Shown piece after piece: positions 41,395 to 54,839 of a DNA stretch of 64,000 nucleotides (its first letter is position 1; each line of letters starts with the position of its first letter). The position numbers and the translations under genes were made by a program. The notes under the pieces are model-generated. The model was given only the letters and a program-made list of their open reading frames with translations. It was not told the origin of the DNA and ran no database searches. Where the stretch lies: the NCBI RefSeq assembly GCF_006345805.1, contig NC_042998.1, forward strand, positions 143,654,001-143,718,000, written 5' to 3'. The stretch comes from Octopus sinensis (Eukaryota).

Positions 41395-42700
41395 GGCCGT
41401 CCACCCGTGACCAAGGAAGACTATTGCTGGAATATTGTGCGCTCTATGGCTAACTTATATTTTGCATTTGCGGCTCCGTTGTTGGCTAATGAGCCCTGCT
41501 CTTGACAAGCATACACGGCTCCAAATATTGCAAACCAAGCTTTCCCCATTCACTACGCAAGCAGTGCGCTTTCGTGCAGCAGGCTTAAATTCTTCATGAA
41601 GAATACGTGCTCTTTCAAAGGTGACGACCCCCTCCTTCACCTGCTTCCTCCATCTGTGGTGATGACAGGCATTGCTCTCCCAGTCGGTCTCCTACATATC
41701 ACAGGCCTTTATTGGGTCCTTAAATCGCTGCCTTGGTTTCTGCCGTGGTCTCTTTCCACTAACAAGTTCCCCGTATAGCATATGTTTAGGGATCCTGCTA
41801 TCTTTCATTCTAATAAGGTGTCCAGTCCAACGTAATCGATGCTTGTGCACCATCGCCTCAATAGACAGCTTTCCTCAAGACCTGTGTGTCTGGAATTTTT
41901 AAGGACCAGCCAACATTCAGAATGTGTCTCAGACATCTCTGATGGATGCGTTCAAGGACCTTCACATGACGTTTGTAAAGGGTCTCACATGATTAAAGGA
42001 GCGATGTCAGTACACATGCACAGTATACAGCAATTTTTGATGCCATGCTGGGACTTGACACAAGACTCAAGAGACCGGAAGGAATCAATTACTCTCTGCA
42101 GCCTGTAGTTACCACACATTATTCTGGCTCCTTTTCCTTAGTATGAATAATTGCATCCTTCCAGTCCTTAAGCATTGCACCATCCCTCCAGACTACACTA
42201 TTAAGTTCATGAAAAGACTGTATGATCTAATTACCACAAAATCGCAAGACCCCAGCACAAATTCCATCCTTTCCAGGTGCCCTACCAAGATTCAATTAAC
42301 TTATTGCTGTCATTTGAATTTGAGGAACCAATAATAGGTCTTTGCTGCATAGTATCAAAGACTATTTCATCCACAACTGACTCATGGTTTAGGAGTCCAG
42401 AGAAGTGTTCAATCCAGCAACTTGTGATTTCTGTTGATTTAGTATATAGAGTAGAAAACTCCTTGAAAAGCAAAGGAGCTGATGCAGAGCTCTTAGGCCC
42501 ATAAACTTGCTTCATAAGATGGTAAAGCTTCTTGCTGTCATTTGCATCAGTAGCAACATCACAGGCAAGATCCTCTAACCAAGTGTTCTGCATCTGTAGG
42601 AATTTTATACTGCTATAGTGGGAAAGTGCTAGATTTCGCTACACAGCTGAAAGACCTCTGTGCAGTAATATATTATGAGCATGGCGCTTTACAACCAATA
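41395..42700 (-). mobile_element. Decayed RTE-clade LINE fragment
   Basis: DSKKLYHLMKQVYGPKSSASAPL..WIEHFSGLLN; then GKAPGMDGI, DWKDAII and CGNYR-like RT N-terminal motifs. Confidence 0.78.
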
Positions 42701-42906
42701 TATTAGTTGAGGTGTTAGTGTGTTGTGGTCATTAAACAGCTGTCGAATCGCACGCCGCATTCCTTCTGACTTTACTTATTCTTTCCTTTATATATATATA
42801 TATATATTATATATATATATAATATAATATATATATATATATATCGTGACGTATATTTGCCATTTGAATATGGCTAACCCCTAACTCGCTCTGAGATTTA
42901 TCATTA

Positions 42907-42942
<36 letters not shown>

Positions 42943-43019
42943 TGTATGTATGTATGTATGTATGTATGCATGTATGTATGTATGTATGTATGTATGTATG
43001 TATGTATGTATGTATTATA

Positions 43020-43215
43020 TGGTTCAAATGTACACAAAGGGAATAGAAGATATAGGTGAGAGAACAACAAACAGTATATTAGTTTGACGTTCGAGAAAAA
43101 TGGAAAAGTCTTTGATGTTTCGAGCTTACACTCTTCAACAGAAAGGAATGAGGAAAGGAAATGAATAGAGAAAAATAAACGGAGACAGAAAAAAACTCGT
43201 GTCTGGAGTAACGGT
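43020..43215 (-). repeat. Solo PLE pseudo-LTR fragment with variant hammerhead motif (43110-43145)
   Basis: CTTT-CTGTTGAA-GAGT-gtaa-GCTC-GAAACATC-AAAG. Confidence 0.65.
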
Positions 43216-44148
43216 TCCACATTTCCAAATGACCGTAAGCAAGAAGTTCAATGGAAAAACATCTGTTGGTTTTTACGAACGGAAGGAGAATACTCAGTAC
43301 TGTACGAGAGTGCCTTAGATGCGCAGTTGGCGAGGCGCCTCTTGATTTATCTATGATTTCTAACGTAGTCGATTAAGGGATTTGTTACGTATTTGGTAGT
43401 GTTGTCAATTACGTCCGTTCTTTTTGAGAGATGTAATTCTGCTTTAGGGTTAACGACGTGGTTAGTTTTCTGACTGGTAACATAGTAGCATATGATTGGT
43501 CACATGGCTAACTGTAGTATACATGATGTCTGCTTTTTTTTTTCTTTTCTTTCCCCTTGGGTATCCAGAATAAAATCTCCATTGAAGTAAATCAACAAGA
43601 ATTTTGCCACATGACGGCACACTGAGATGAACTCAACACCTTTAGACACTCCGACTACAATCCCATTTTCAATATTTCAAACTCATTGATGAATTCGGAA
43701 AACTAATGCAAAATGTACGAAAACATTGAGTGTGAGAGGAAAGCACGGTTTACAAGAAGTCAGGCAATACAGACTCTACACAGTTCTAACACAGGTGTGT
43801 ATAGAGCACTTTACATTCTTGGATGAAAACAAACATTTACTATATATATATATACATAGGTGTGTGTGTATGTGTTTATGTGAGAGAGAAGAGAAATATG
43901 TGTGTATGTGAGAGAGAGAGAGAGAGAGGGAGTGTGTGCGTGTGTTTGCGAATGTGCGTAAACATCGTATGCAGGTAAGTATCCTTTTACGTGTTTCACT
44001 GAACTGTGGCCATGCTGGGGTCCTTATATGCGAGTCAGTGTGTACATGCATGCGGTTGCTGACTTGTACCCTTAATCACTTGCGACTAGCCACTTTAATT
44101 ATTTATATTTACATATACATATACATATATATATATAATATAGATATT

Positions 44149-44244
<96 letters not shown>

Positions 44245-45033
44245 GCATACGTACATACATAACACGATTATATTTTCGTGTAAAAACACCAAATGATCAA
44301 TGCACACTTATGCAATGAGCATTTTACGTTTACATAAGTATGCGTTGCATGTATGCATATACGGGCATGCGTGCGTATGTGTGTATGTTTGCATGTGTGC
44401 ATTTATGTACACATGCATGTATGTATATATGTATGCTTGTGTGTATGTGAAGATCCGATTGCAAGAATACTTATAACTCATACACATTCACTGCTACACA
44501 TACGCACGCACCCATGCACATGCACACACACACACTCACTCACTCATTCACTCACACACTCACTCACTCACTCATTCACTCACTCACTCACTCACTCACT
44601 CATTCACTCACACTTGTGCATTCATACGTTTTATGCCTTTTACCGAATATTTTATGCATAAATAATATATGCATGTGCATAAACACGAACAAGATAACGA
44701 GAGTAAAAAAAAATGCTGAGTGCGGGGTGGCGGGTGGTTTTGATTTAGATTCGATTTGCCAGGAACCACAGCAGAGAAGATAGACTTGAATATGCACCAT
44801 TGTGAACCAGTTCCACCATTGACACGTCAATCTAAGGCAATAATTGTCTCTTGCAATACGTTTGGCGCCACAGAACAAGCATTGCCGTACACAAGTAAGT
44901 GATGGAGCATGCGCAATTCTATAAAATCTGACAAAACATATCACAGCACTCCATTCGTCACAGTAATCACGTTGGATGTAAAGTTTATTCCTCTTCTTCG
45001 TATTATCATTATTATTATTATCATTATTATTAG

Positions 45034-45071
<38 letters not shown>

Positions 45072-45099
45072 TTGTTGTTGTTGTTGTTGTGCTGCTGTT

Positions 45100-45645
45100 A
45101 AGGCGGCGAACTGGCAGAATTGTTAGAACGCCAAGCGAAATGCTTAGCGGTACTTCGTCTGCTGCTACATTCTGAGTTCAAATTCCGCCGAGGTCCACTT
45201 TGCCTTTCATCCTTTCGGGGTCGATAAAATAAGTATCAGTTGAATACTGGGGTCGATGCAATCGTCTTAACCCCTCCCCCAAAAGTACTGCCCTTGAAGT
45301 AAAATTTGAAACCATTATTGTTGTTGTTGTTGATGGTGTTGGTGTTGATGATGTTGACAATGATGATGATGATGATAATGATGATGATGATGATTATGAT
45401 GATGATGATAACGATATTGTTGTTGTCGTCATCGTCGTTGTTCCTGGCAGAATCGTTAGCACGCCGGGCAAAATGCTTAGCCACATTTTGTCCATCTTTA
45501 CGTTTTGAGTTCGAATTCCACCGAAGTTGACTTTGCCTTTAATCCTCTCGGGGTCGATAAAATAAGTACCAGTTGAGTGCTGGGACCAACGTAATCGATT
45601 TACCCCTCCCTTGAAATTGCTGGCCTTGTGCCAAAATTTGTAATC
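45100..45645 (+). mobile_element. Two head-to-tail SINE family B copies (45100-45315, 45445-45645) separated by a trinucleotide tract
   Basis: Both carry ctggcagaat.gttag.acgcc and actttgccttt.atcct.tcggggtcgataaaataagta.cagtt. Confidence 0.88.
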
Positions 45646-45911
45646 ATTATTATTATTATTGTTGCTGTTATTATTTTCGTTGCTATTTCTTTATAAAAAA
45701 AAAAAACAAGTCACAATTTTTATTCAGTTACATTACATAACGATTTCCTCTTTTTCCATCTTGCTTTATTTTTTCCCTTGTTTTTCTTTCGCTCATTTTC
45801 AGTCTCTCTCTCTCCCTCCCTCTCTCTCCCTCCCCTTCTCCCTCAACCTCATACACATACAAATATATCTACCAGTAGCAATTGTAAATTTCTTCTCTCC
45901 TTCTCTCCGCT

Positions 45912-45957
<46 letters not shown>

Positions 45958-46054
45958 AACCCTCTCCTTTCGCTCTCTCATTTTTTCCAGTTCATTCTCC
46001 TTGTATTCTTATCCTTTTCCTCTCTCTCATTCACTCTCTGAACTATCATAAGGA

Positions 46055-46099
<45 letters not shown>

Positions 46100-46335
46100 G
46101 TCTGCATAAATAAGTTTGTGTTTAGCAAGTGGTTTTTCTCCCTAGCTTTCCAGATCCGGTGACACCGGTGAATTCATCGGAGTTAATGTTATTGAACATT
46201 TGCAAATTAACAGTGACAGAACGATACGAGCGAAGAAGGAATTCCAGAGGATCGAGCTTGAAACAAGTGAACTGGGGCCAATCTATGAATAAAAGATAGA
46301 GGAAGGTGGTGGTGACGGTGGAAGAAATATTACGA

Positions 46336-46371
<36 letters not shown>

Positions 46372-46909
46372 AACAAGAAAGAAAGAAAGAAAGCGAGAAA
46401 GTGAGAATGTTTTGTAGATTTAAGAGAACTGGGTTTAGCGGCTAGCTTTCCCTTCATCATTGTCGTCGTCTCTGTGAATGCCACCTCTTTCCGTTTCGTG
46501 TTTTTCTGTCTTAAGAATAAACTAAATTTTTGTCTACGTTTAGAACAACTAAAGCATTCGTTACTGAGAAGAACAAATAGAGTCGAAACGCCATATCTGG
46601 TAATCCACTTTCTGTAGAAGTAGTCTTTTAATGAAGATAGATCTGTCAGCACTAATTTTTTGCAGTGAATTTAATTTTGCTAAATCGTAGCAAGGATGGA
46701 GATTGAGAAAGTGTAAGTTACAGAAAAGGAGTAGATAGTTAAAAACTGTTTGACAACAATGATGCTTGCATGTATAAACATATATATATATATTATATAT
46801 ATATATACTATATATCTATATATATAATATTATATATAATATATATATATATATATGTAATATACACATATACATACAATATAACTATATAATCCATATA
46901 TATAGTTAT

Positions 46910-46946
<37 letters not shown>

Positions 46947-46951
46947 GGAGG

Positions 46952-47002
<51 letters not shown>

Positions 47003-47199
47003 GAGATAGATAGATATATAGATAGATAGATAGATAGATAGAATAGATAGATAGATAGATAATATCTCCTTTGCACGTGTGGTGCTAAAAAACAAAATAT
47101 AAATCTCCGGATGAATACTGCAGTAAATTTAACTTTCAGTAATGTATTGATATTAAGCATGATACAGAGGTGGCTATTTTAATCTAATACTGCTTCTCG

Positions 47200-47492
47200 G
47201 CGTGGGTATGTAGGAAGAAGTTTGCTTCTCAGCCATATGGGTTCGAGGTCAGCCCCATCCGAAGCCTTGTGATTGGATCTGGTAGGCGGAAACTGGAAGA
47301 AACCCGTTCGATTTACATATACACAACCTTGTTGCTTTGTTTGTGTCCCCGTAACTTAGCGGCTCGGCAAAAGAAACCGATGAAATAAATAACAGGTTTT
47401 AAAAATATAGTTGGGGCAGATTCGGTCGACTAAAATACTTCGAGGTGGTGCCCCAGCATGGTCGCAATATCTAAGACTAAAACAAATAAAAG
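47200..47492 (+). mobile_element. SINE family A, old and internally deleted
   Basis: aagccttgtgattggatctggtaggcggaaactggaag; cttagcggctcggcaaaagaaaccga; ggtgccccagcatggtcgca. Confidence 0.75.
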
Positions 47493-48659
47493 ATATTTAT
47501 ATATATGCTATGATCAAGTCATCCCAGTAAGCCCCATTCTTTACACTATTAACTCCTATCAAAAGAGCAAGTACACGAAATTATATCAAATAAAACTACT
47601 CAACTAAGGATCGAACCCGCATAGCAGACTCGGTTGCTTATTACCATACAAAACGGTGCCAGCACTCGAACTCCTATTCGTCAACGTAACTCCAAGTTTT
47701 TATGCTAAAGTAAACTTCCTATTTTCTTAAATCTGCTGCAAGCTGTTCGTGTCGGCTGTCTTTTATCAAGACATTTAACCATTCTTTGCTTAATAAAAGC
47801 AAATACAATTCATCGATAGCCAGTTACTAAGACCTAATAGTTTGAGGCACCAAATTACGAACTCCCGGTCATTGCTATATATCCATACGCGAGACACTTC
47901 ACTTCCGACCGGAAGGCTACGTATTCATTCTTTATTAATTTATTCATGACGCTTAGGCACCAGTTTCAAATCTATTTCGGAACCAGTCGATATAAAAATA
48001 CAAGCACTTTTGAAAATATTATTTTTCATTACACACTCTCATCGTAACTTATCGCTATAATTCTATAATTTAAATGTTCCGTCTGGAAAAGCGGAAGTGA
48101 TGACAGAAAATGTCTGTCTTCCTCCCTCTCTGACTCTTTGTAGTTTCTGCAACGATCATCATTTCTACACAAATTCAACCTTTTCTCGCAGTAATACAAA
48201 GAAAGAAAAGCGCAGATTTAACTGCCTAGCCCCAGGGGGTGGAAAATGTAGAAAAAAATATTGAAAAATTTATCAAAAGAATATAAAATTATTTAAATAA
48301 GCGTGGTTTATGAGGGCGCGAATATCTTAACATTATGGTGGAAGGTTATGATTGGGGAAATAGTTACTGTAACAACTAATAAATTACGTATCCTTTTTAT
48401 CAAGCCACTCCCATTCTTTTAGTGCTAAATAATGGCTCGTTATATTTAATAATGTGATATTTCTCTGTCTCCTTCAATCTTCGAATAAAAGATGGAGGAA
48501 GGTGGTGGTGGAAGGAGTATTACGAAAGCAAGAAAGAAAGAGAGAGGGAGAGTGTATTGTAGATTAAAGAGATCTTTAATGTCTTGAAGTGTAGTTTTTG
48601 TGTTTTCCCGAAGGAATGAAGTAAAACAAAATAACAGAATCGAACATTATGTATGAATT

Positions 48660-48693
<34 letters not shown>

Positions 48694-48718
48694 TACAGAA
48701 AAAGACACACACACACAC

Positions 48719-48794
<76 letters not shown>

Positions 48795-48848
48795 GTAAAG
48801 GAGGGCAAATCAAAACTTACACGTGCTCATGTTTCCGAGGTTGAACAA

Positions 48849-49876
48849 TTACATCATTTTCTGACATAGTTTCCTTGCTTTTCGGTGCACTTCATCCAGC
48901 GGTCCACAGGCTTGCTTATTCCATCGGAGAAGAAGGTTTTCAGTTGGTCGCGAAGCCATTAATGCCTTGCTTCCGACGCCTCTTTGTCCGTAGCAAATCG
49001 ACGACCTTACAAAAATATACTTGAGCGGTCCAAAGAAGTAATGGTCGGAATGGGCAAGATCTGGACTGTATGCAAGATGTTCCAGCGTCTCGAAAGTCAA
49101 TCTTTCAATGGTTTCCACGGTGTGGATGGCCATATGTGGTTGTGCATTGTCGTGCAACAATAACACTTGCTTTGACAATAGACTTCGGCGTTTGATGCGA
49201 ATTGCTGGTTTCAGATTTTTGGCCAGCATTTTACTGTAGCCTACACTGGTAACTGTAGACCCCTTTTCCAGGTAATGTTCCAGAATAGGCTCTTCTGCGT
49301 CTCAAAAAACGGTTAGCATCATTTTTTCTGCGGAAGGTTGAGTCTTGAATTACTTTTTCGCTGGCGATTCGGGGTGTTTTCAATCCATATTCTGCTTTTG
49401 GATTCAGGCACAAAGTGATGCGCCCAGGTCTCATCTCCTATGACTATTCTTTCCAAAAGTGCTTCGCCTTCATCGTTGAGGCGGTCGAATTAGTGTTGAC
49501 AGATATCCAAACAATTATGCTTATGCGCTTCGCTATGCTTTTTTGGCACCCATCTCGAAACAGAGCTTGTACTTGATTTCGTATGCAGAAGCATGACTAA
49601 TTTGCAGAGAATATGCCACCTCATCGATGGACACTCGTCGGTTCGCCAGAACCATCTCTCGAGCTTGTTGAATCTTCACATCATTGGTGGAGATCGATGG
49701 ATGTCCTGCTCCTTCATACTACAAGCTTTTCCGGCCATTTTTAACTTCTCGATCCGCTTTTACACACTTCTACTCAATAGAGCACTGTCCCCGTGTTGCA
49801 CTAAAAACCTACGATGAATTGGAGCCCCTGACTAGATTAATCGGATCCCTGATCCCTGTTCTTCCTTAGTGCATAC
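48849..49876 (-). mobile_element. Decayed mariner transposase
   Basis: CTKEEQ N-terminus, IQQAREMVLANRRVSIDEVA, WVPK, LLLHDNAQPH, YSPDLAHSDHYFFGPLK; many frameshifts; terminal repeats not resolved. Confidence 0.88.
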
Positions 49877-50114
49877 TGCCCGCGAAGCGACCATGTTTAC
49901 TCTGTAACAAAAGAAAACTGGAGTAATCAGTCAAACCTTGTTGAGTAACCACAAGAGTACCACCTTTTAGCACGCGAACACTGAAGGCAGTGCAACCAAC
50001 CTACAGAAAGTTTTGGCGAAAGCACTATTAAAAGAGGGTTAATGAAGGTGTAAAGTGTAGTAACACCAGCTGGTGGTGCCCCAGCATGGCCATATCCCTT
50101 GAGCTGATACTAGA

Positions 50115-50290
50115 AATACACATTTCCATGTGGAGTTGCTTTTGCTGCTCCGCTAGCACCTTGGGGACGAATTTCGCCGATATTCTCCGCATGCACAAAT
50201 CCTCTGTTAAATTAAATGCACTGTTCCCCTTCTTATTCCTACTTCGTGCGTAATTTCCTGGACTGTTACACAACATACTTCCATGATAAT
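50115..50290 (-). mobile_element. Short fragment of a second mariner transposase
   Basis: LTEDLCMRRISAKFVPKVLAEQQKQ. Confidence 0.7.
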
Positions 50291-51295
50291 TGACCAAACA
50301 TTATCAATCAGCTCCTCGTTTTGGCTTGTGGGTGGCCTGCCCGAGCGTGTCTCACTATCCGTTGAAGTGCACCCGTGTTTGAAGTGGTTGTACTAATCTA
50401 GTACATATCTACTACGAAATTATCCCTCCGTGAAAATAATAAATATAGATTATTATTAGTTAATTTAACCAATAATTATTTTTATACCTCTAATTTAAAT
50501 AGATAAAAGAGTTGTATTGAAGATGTAATTGTTTATATATTTTTATTGCAGTTATACGTAGGAGAAGACTTAGGTACTCAATTATTTACAGTTATATACA
50601 CACATATCTTATTATTGCATGTTGTGGTAACAAGCGACTATCTTGGACATGAAAGGGTTTCAATTGGTATGTGTTTGAGATGTAATGAAATGAGTTTCGA
50701 TGGTTGTGGATTGCACTTAATTGATTGTATCGTCCGTTAAAGTGTTTTTGCTGTTTTTTTTAATTGTAATTTATGTATGATTGAGTAGTTAACGCTTACG
50801 CTCATAACACATAGATATTTGAATTAATTTTTACAATCCAACCATCTTTTCACACGGAATTTCTTCTTTTTCTAAACCATGGGCCTGAAGTGACTTTATA
50901 TATAAAGGAACTGTGATTATATCAGAAAAAATATATATAAGTCGAAACAATTTGTTGGCTTTTATGGTTTTTATAAATATTTCTGTTATATAATATTGTG
51001 CTATGTTATATTATATTCATAGTATTTAATGTAATATTGTAATATAAATTGTTAGATTGTCAAAAGTATATCTCTATATTTAATTTATCTTTATAATTGA
51101 ATTATACTAATATTTATATGGTATCCAACAGCAGCACCAGTGAATTGGATGTTTAACACACCCCTTTGAAGGATTTATTTTCCTCAGTTAGTTACTTTGT
51201 ATATATATATATATATATATATATATACCGGAGTAAACACATAAATGTGAAACAAGGTGGGAAAAAGAGTACTCGAATACCAGAGGTAGAGTAAA

Positions 51296-51453
51296 ATGCT
51301 ATATTTAAAAGCAGCAGAAATTTAACAAAAGCTATTACTCGGAGTTTCAAGTTTCCGTTCGTCAGACAGTTTTGTTAACAAAACTGTCCGACGAACGGGA
51401 ACGTGAAACTCCGAGAAACAGCTTTTGTTAAATTTCTGCTGGTTTTAAATAAA

Positions 51454-51457
<4 letters not shown>
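51296..51457. repeat. 162-bp near-perfect palindrome (81-bp arms, centre 51376/51377) with a hammerhead-like motif in each arm
   Basis: atgct..acagttttgtt|aacaaaactgt..agcat; arms contain C(T/C)GACGA-ACG-GRAA-C(G/T)T-GAAAC-TCCGA-G(T/A)A. Confidence 0.85.
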
Positions 51458-51483
<26 letters not shown>

Positions 51484-51489
<6 letters not shown>

Positions 51490-52100
51490 GTGTTTGAGAG
51501 ACACCACCATGCCGAAATAGCAGTCAAATCCCTGACTCTAAAGACCACCTTAAATGTTCATATCGCACCATGAGATAAGACAGAGGGACAAAATAGACTA
51601 GCAAAAAGATATTACTGAATAATTCAAGATCCTGGATTTCTAGATTTGCTTCAAATAAGCTCTGCCTTCATCAGTTGAATAAATCAGATGGGCACATAAA
51701 TACAAATATATATATACAGAACACACGTTATACTTACATATACGAACGTCCATACAAACATATATATGCACGTATGTACAAGGCCAGTTCAAATTCCCCG
51801 CCAACCACCTCATAAGCACGATATGGTCAAAATAAACACCGCAGTGAATATAGTGACGAATTATATAAACTTATAAATAAGGATAAAATCGATTTTTAAA
51901 TATCGATATTATCGAGTGGCCAGCATGGGAATAAATACCATACAAAGGTAAAGGTGGTCTTTAGAGTCAGGGATTTGACTGCTATTTCAGACACCCTTAT
52001 TTATAGTTGTAAAAAATTATTACTTTTGTATGGTATTTATTCCCATGCTGGCCACTTGAAAATATCGATATGTAAATATCGATATTATCCTTATTTATAA
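51484..52100. repeat. Interleaved inverted repeats, probably rearranged PLE pseudo-LTR
   Basis: 38-bp perfect inverted repeat 51514-51551/51951-51988; 32-bp perfect inverted repeat 51915-51946/52025-52056, extending imperfectly to 51871/52100. Confidence 0.75.
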
Positions 52101-52139
52101 TATATATATATAATATATATATATATTATATATATATAC

Positions 52140-52170
<31 letters not shown>

Positions 52171-52439
52171 TATATATGTATGTATGCCTCCCCCACATCC
52201 CAACAGCACAACATCACACCACACACCACCACACCACACACCACCATACCACACAACACCACACCGCATCACACCATCACGCACACACTAGCAGTGACCA
52301 CTTCCCAGCCCACACACCTACACATGAACACACGCACACGTCAAGGTCACCAGCCCTCTTCCACACGCACATATATGCTCTCTTATACACACTCACGCGC
52401 ACCTTCATTTTGGGATCACCACTACTTTATTATCTCTTC

Positions 52440-52680
52440 TTCTTTCTAGCACTCCTGTGTGACCCCACTGTCCGGCATTCGCCATGATAGATCGCTAGCC
52501 ATTACACATTCTTTATTCTCTCTCTCTGTTTCTTTCTGTATTCCTTTCTGTGGAAGAGCGTAGGCTCGAAACGTTAAAGATTTTTTCACTTCCCGAGCGT
52601 TAAACTAATACATCTGTTTGTTCTCTACACCACCTGTCTTCGTCTTTTCTTCTTTTTTTTTTGTGAATTTTCCCCCTATA
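52440..52680 (+). repeat. Solo PLE pseudo-LTR fragment with variant hammerhead motif (52544-52579)
   Basis: CTTT-CTGTGGAA-GAGC-gtag-GCTC-GAAACGTT-AAAG; best-preserved copy of the family. Confidence 0.7.
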
Positions 52681-52690
52681 TATATATATA

Positions 52691-52740
<50 letters not shown>

Positions 52741-53480
52741 TATATATATATATAATATATATATATATATATTATATATATATATATAATACACACTGGT
52801 TTTCGCTGTCTTCCCCTTTTGTTATTTTAGTATATTTAAATTGCCTGTCGATAAATAGCCTCTCTTTAGTTAAATGTGATGATTCTGGATTGCTTTGCTA
52901 GTTTTATTAAAGCTCTGATCTGGTTAAAATGAAATGACTAAATTGCTTTAGCCATCACCATCACCATCACCAACGTCATCATCATCATCGTCGTCGTCAT
53001 CAGCGTCATCATCATTATCATCATGACCATCGTCATCTTCATCATCATATCATCATCATCAACATCACTATCATCACCAAGATTACCATCATTAATGCTA
53101 TCGCCACCATCACACCACCACCACTGTCATCATTATCATCATCAGCAGCAGCAATAGCAGCATCAGCAACACCGCCACCACCACTAATATCACAAACATT
53201 TGCATCTTCCTCTCCATTATTATCAGCACCATCTCAACCATCACTTTCATCATTGTCACCATCGACACCCCTTTTATCATCCACCACCGCCTTACTCTCC
53301 TCGTTTCCACCCTCTCCTTCACCATCCCCTTATCTCTACCTTCCCTTCATACCTACTTCCCTCTCACACCTCCTCTACCTGATCCCTCCTCTTCCTTCTC
53401 CTCTTTTCCTCCTCACCTCAACTACCTCCACTCCTCTTCTCACCTTCTCTTCCTCTTTTCTCCTATCTTCCCCGCCTTCA

Positions 53481-53529
<49 letters not shown>

Positions 53530-53903
53530 TTCATCATCATCATCTTTATCGTATACATCTTTATCTCATCATTATCATCGTCGTTAGCGCCATCTTTATC
53601 AACATCAGCAGCAGCACAATTGCAGTCGCCGCCGCCACCGTTATCGTCGTCGCCAACATCTCCACCACCGCTGCCGCCGCCACCGCACCGGTTGATATTG
53701 TTTTACAAAATATCTGTCTTTCCATTTTTGGCATTGGTTAGATTCTGTTTGAACATATCTGGCACCATTTGTGATATGAGGCAATTGTTGCGCAAGAAGC
53801 AATGTCTTGGAATGGTTACAGTCACTGGTTTTCTTCTGAATGTTTGGTGAGGCAAGACGTTGTGATGTGAGCGACAACATTTTTACTCACACTAACACCA
53901 CGA

Positions 53904-53992
<89 letters not shown>

Positions 53993-54490
53993 GCACCCTT
54001 TCTTTCTCCACATAAGCATTAACATGTGATGATCATCATCGTCATCGTCGTTGTCATAATCATCCTCGTCGTCGTCGTCGTCGTCATCATCATCATCATT
54101 ATCATTGTTATGGGTAAGAAATACCGATTTTAGTTGCTTTTTCTTCATGCTAACTGTGAAATTTTAACAGAAACCTTAAACAGAAAGTCCCTTTCTAAGA
54201 ATATCGACGCTTCCAAGGAGGGTCGAGTTTTTGAGCACTCGTATAATCTGTCTTGTTCCAGTTGATATGATAGTTTTTTAAGGAATTGAACCCAATGATC
54301 CGATGATAACTAATGGAACTACTTTCTCTTTTATTGTGAGATGTCGCCGTTTTTTCTCTATCTCTTTTAAATCAGAATATTTCAACATGCTTTCTACTTG
54401 GTTTATCTTATCAGCATTGTTTGTTGCCACCTAAAATGATATCTGTTTGTCTGAATGTGAAAATCCCATAGCCAAAATTTATTATTATTA

Positions 54491-54538
<48 letters not shown>

Positions 54539-54573
54539 TATTATTATTATTTTTATTATTATTATCATCATCA

Positions 54574-54631
<58 letters not shown>

Positions 54632-54663
54632 CATCATCATCATCATCATTATCATCATCATCA

Positions 54664-54722
<59 letters not shown>

Positions 54723-54839
54723 GAGTGAGAGAGCAGTGCATGCCATCAAAGTGACACTGGGTAAAATATACGAAGCCCATTTTACCCTTCATGACTACTC
54801 GTCTGATAAGGGTACACCAGGTACATGCATCACAACCAG

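Noticed and set aside
46122-46652. 176-aa minus-strand ORF as a host gene
   Set aside because: It reads through a (TTTC)n tract, starts without a clear initiator context and has no recognisable domain.
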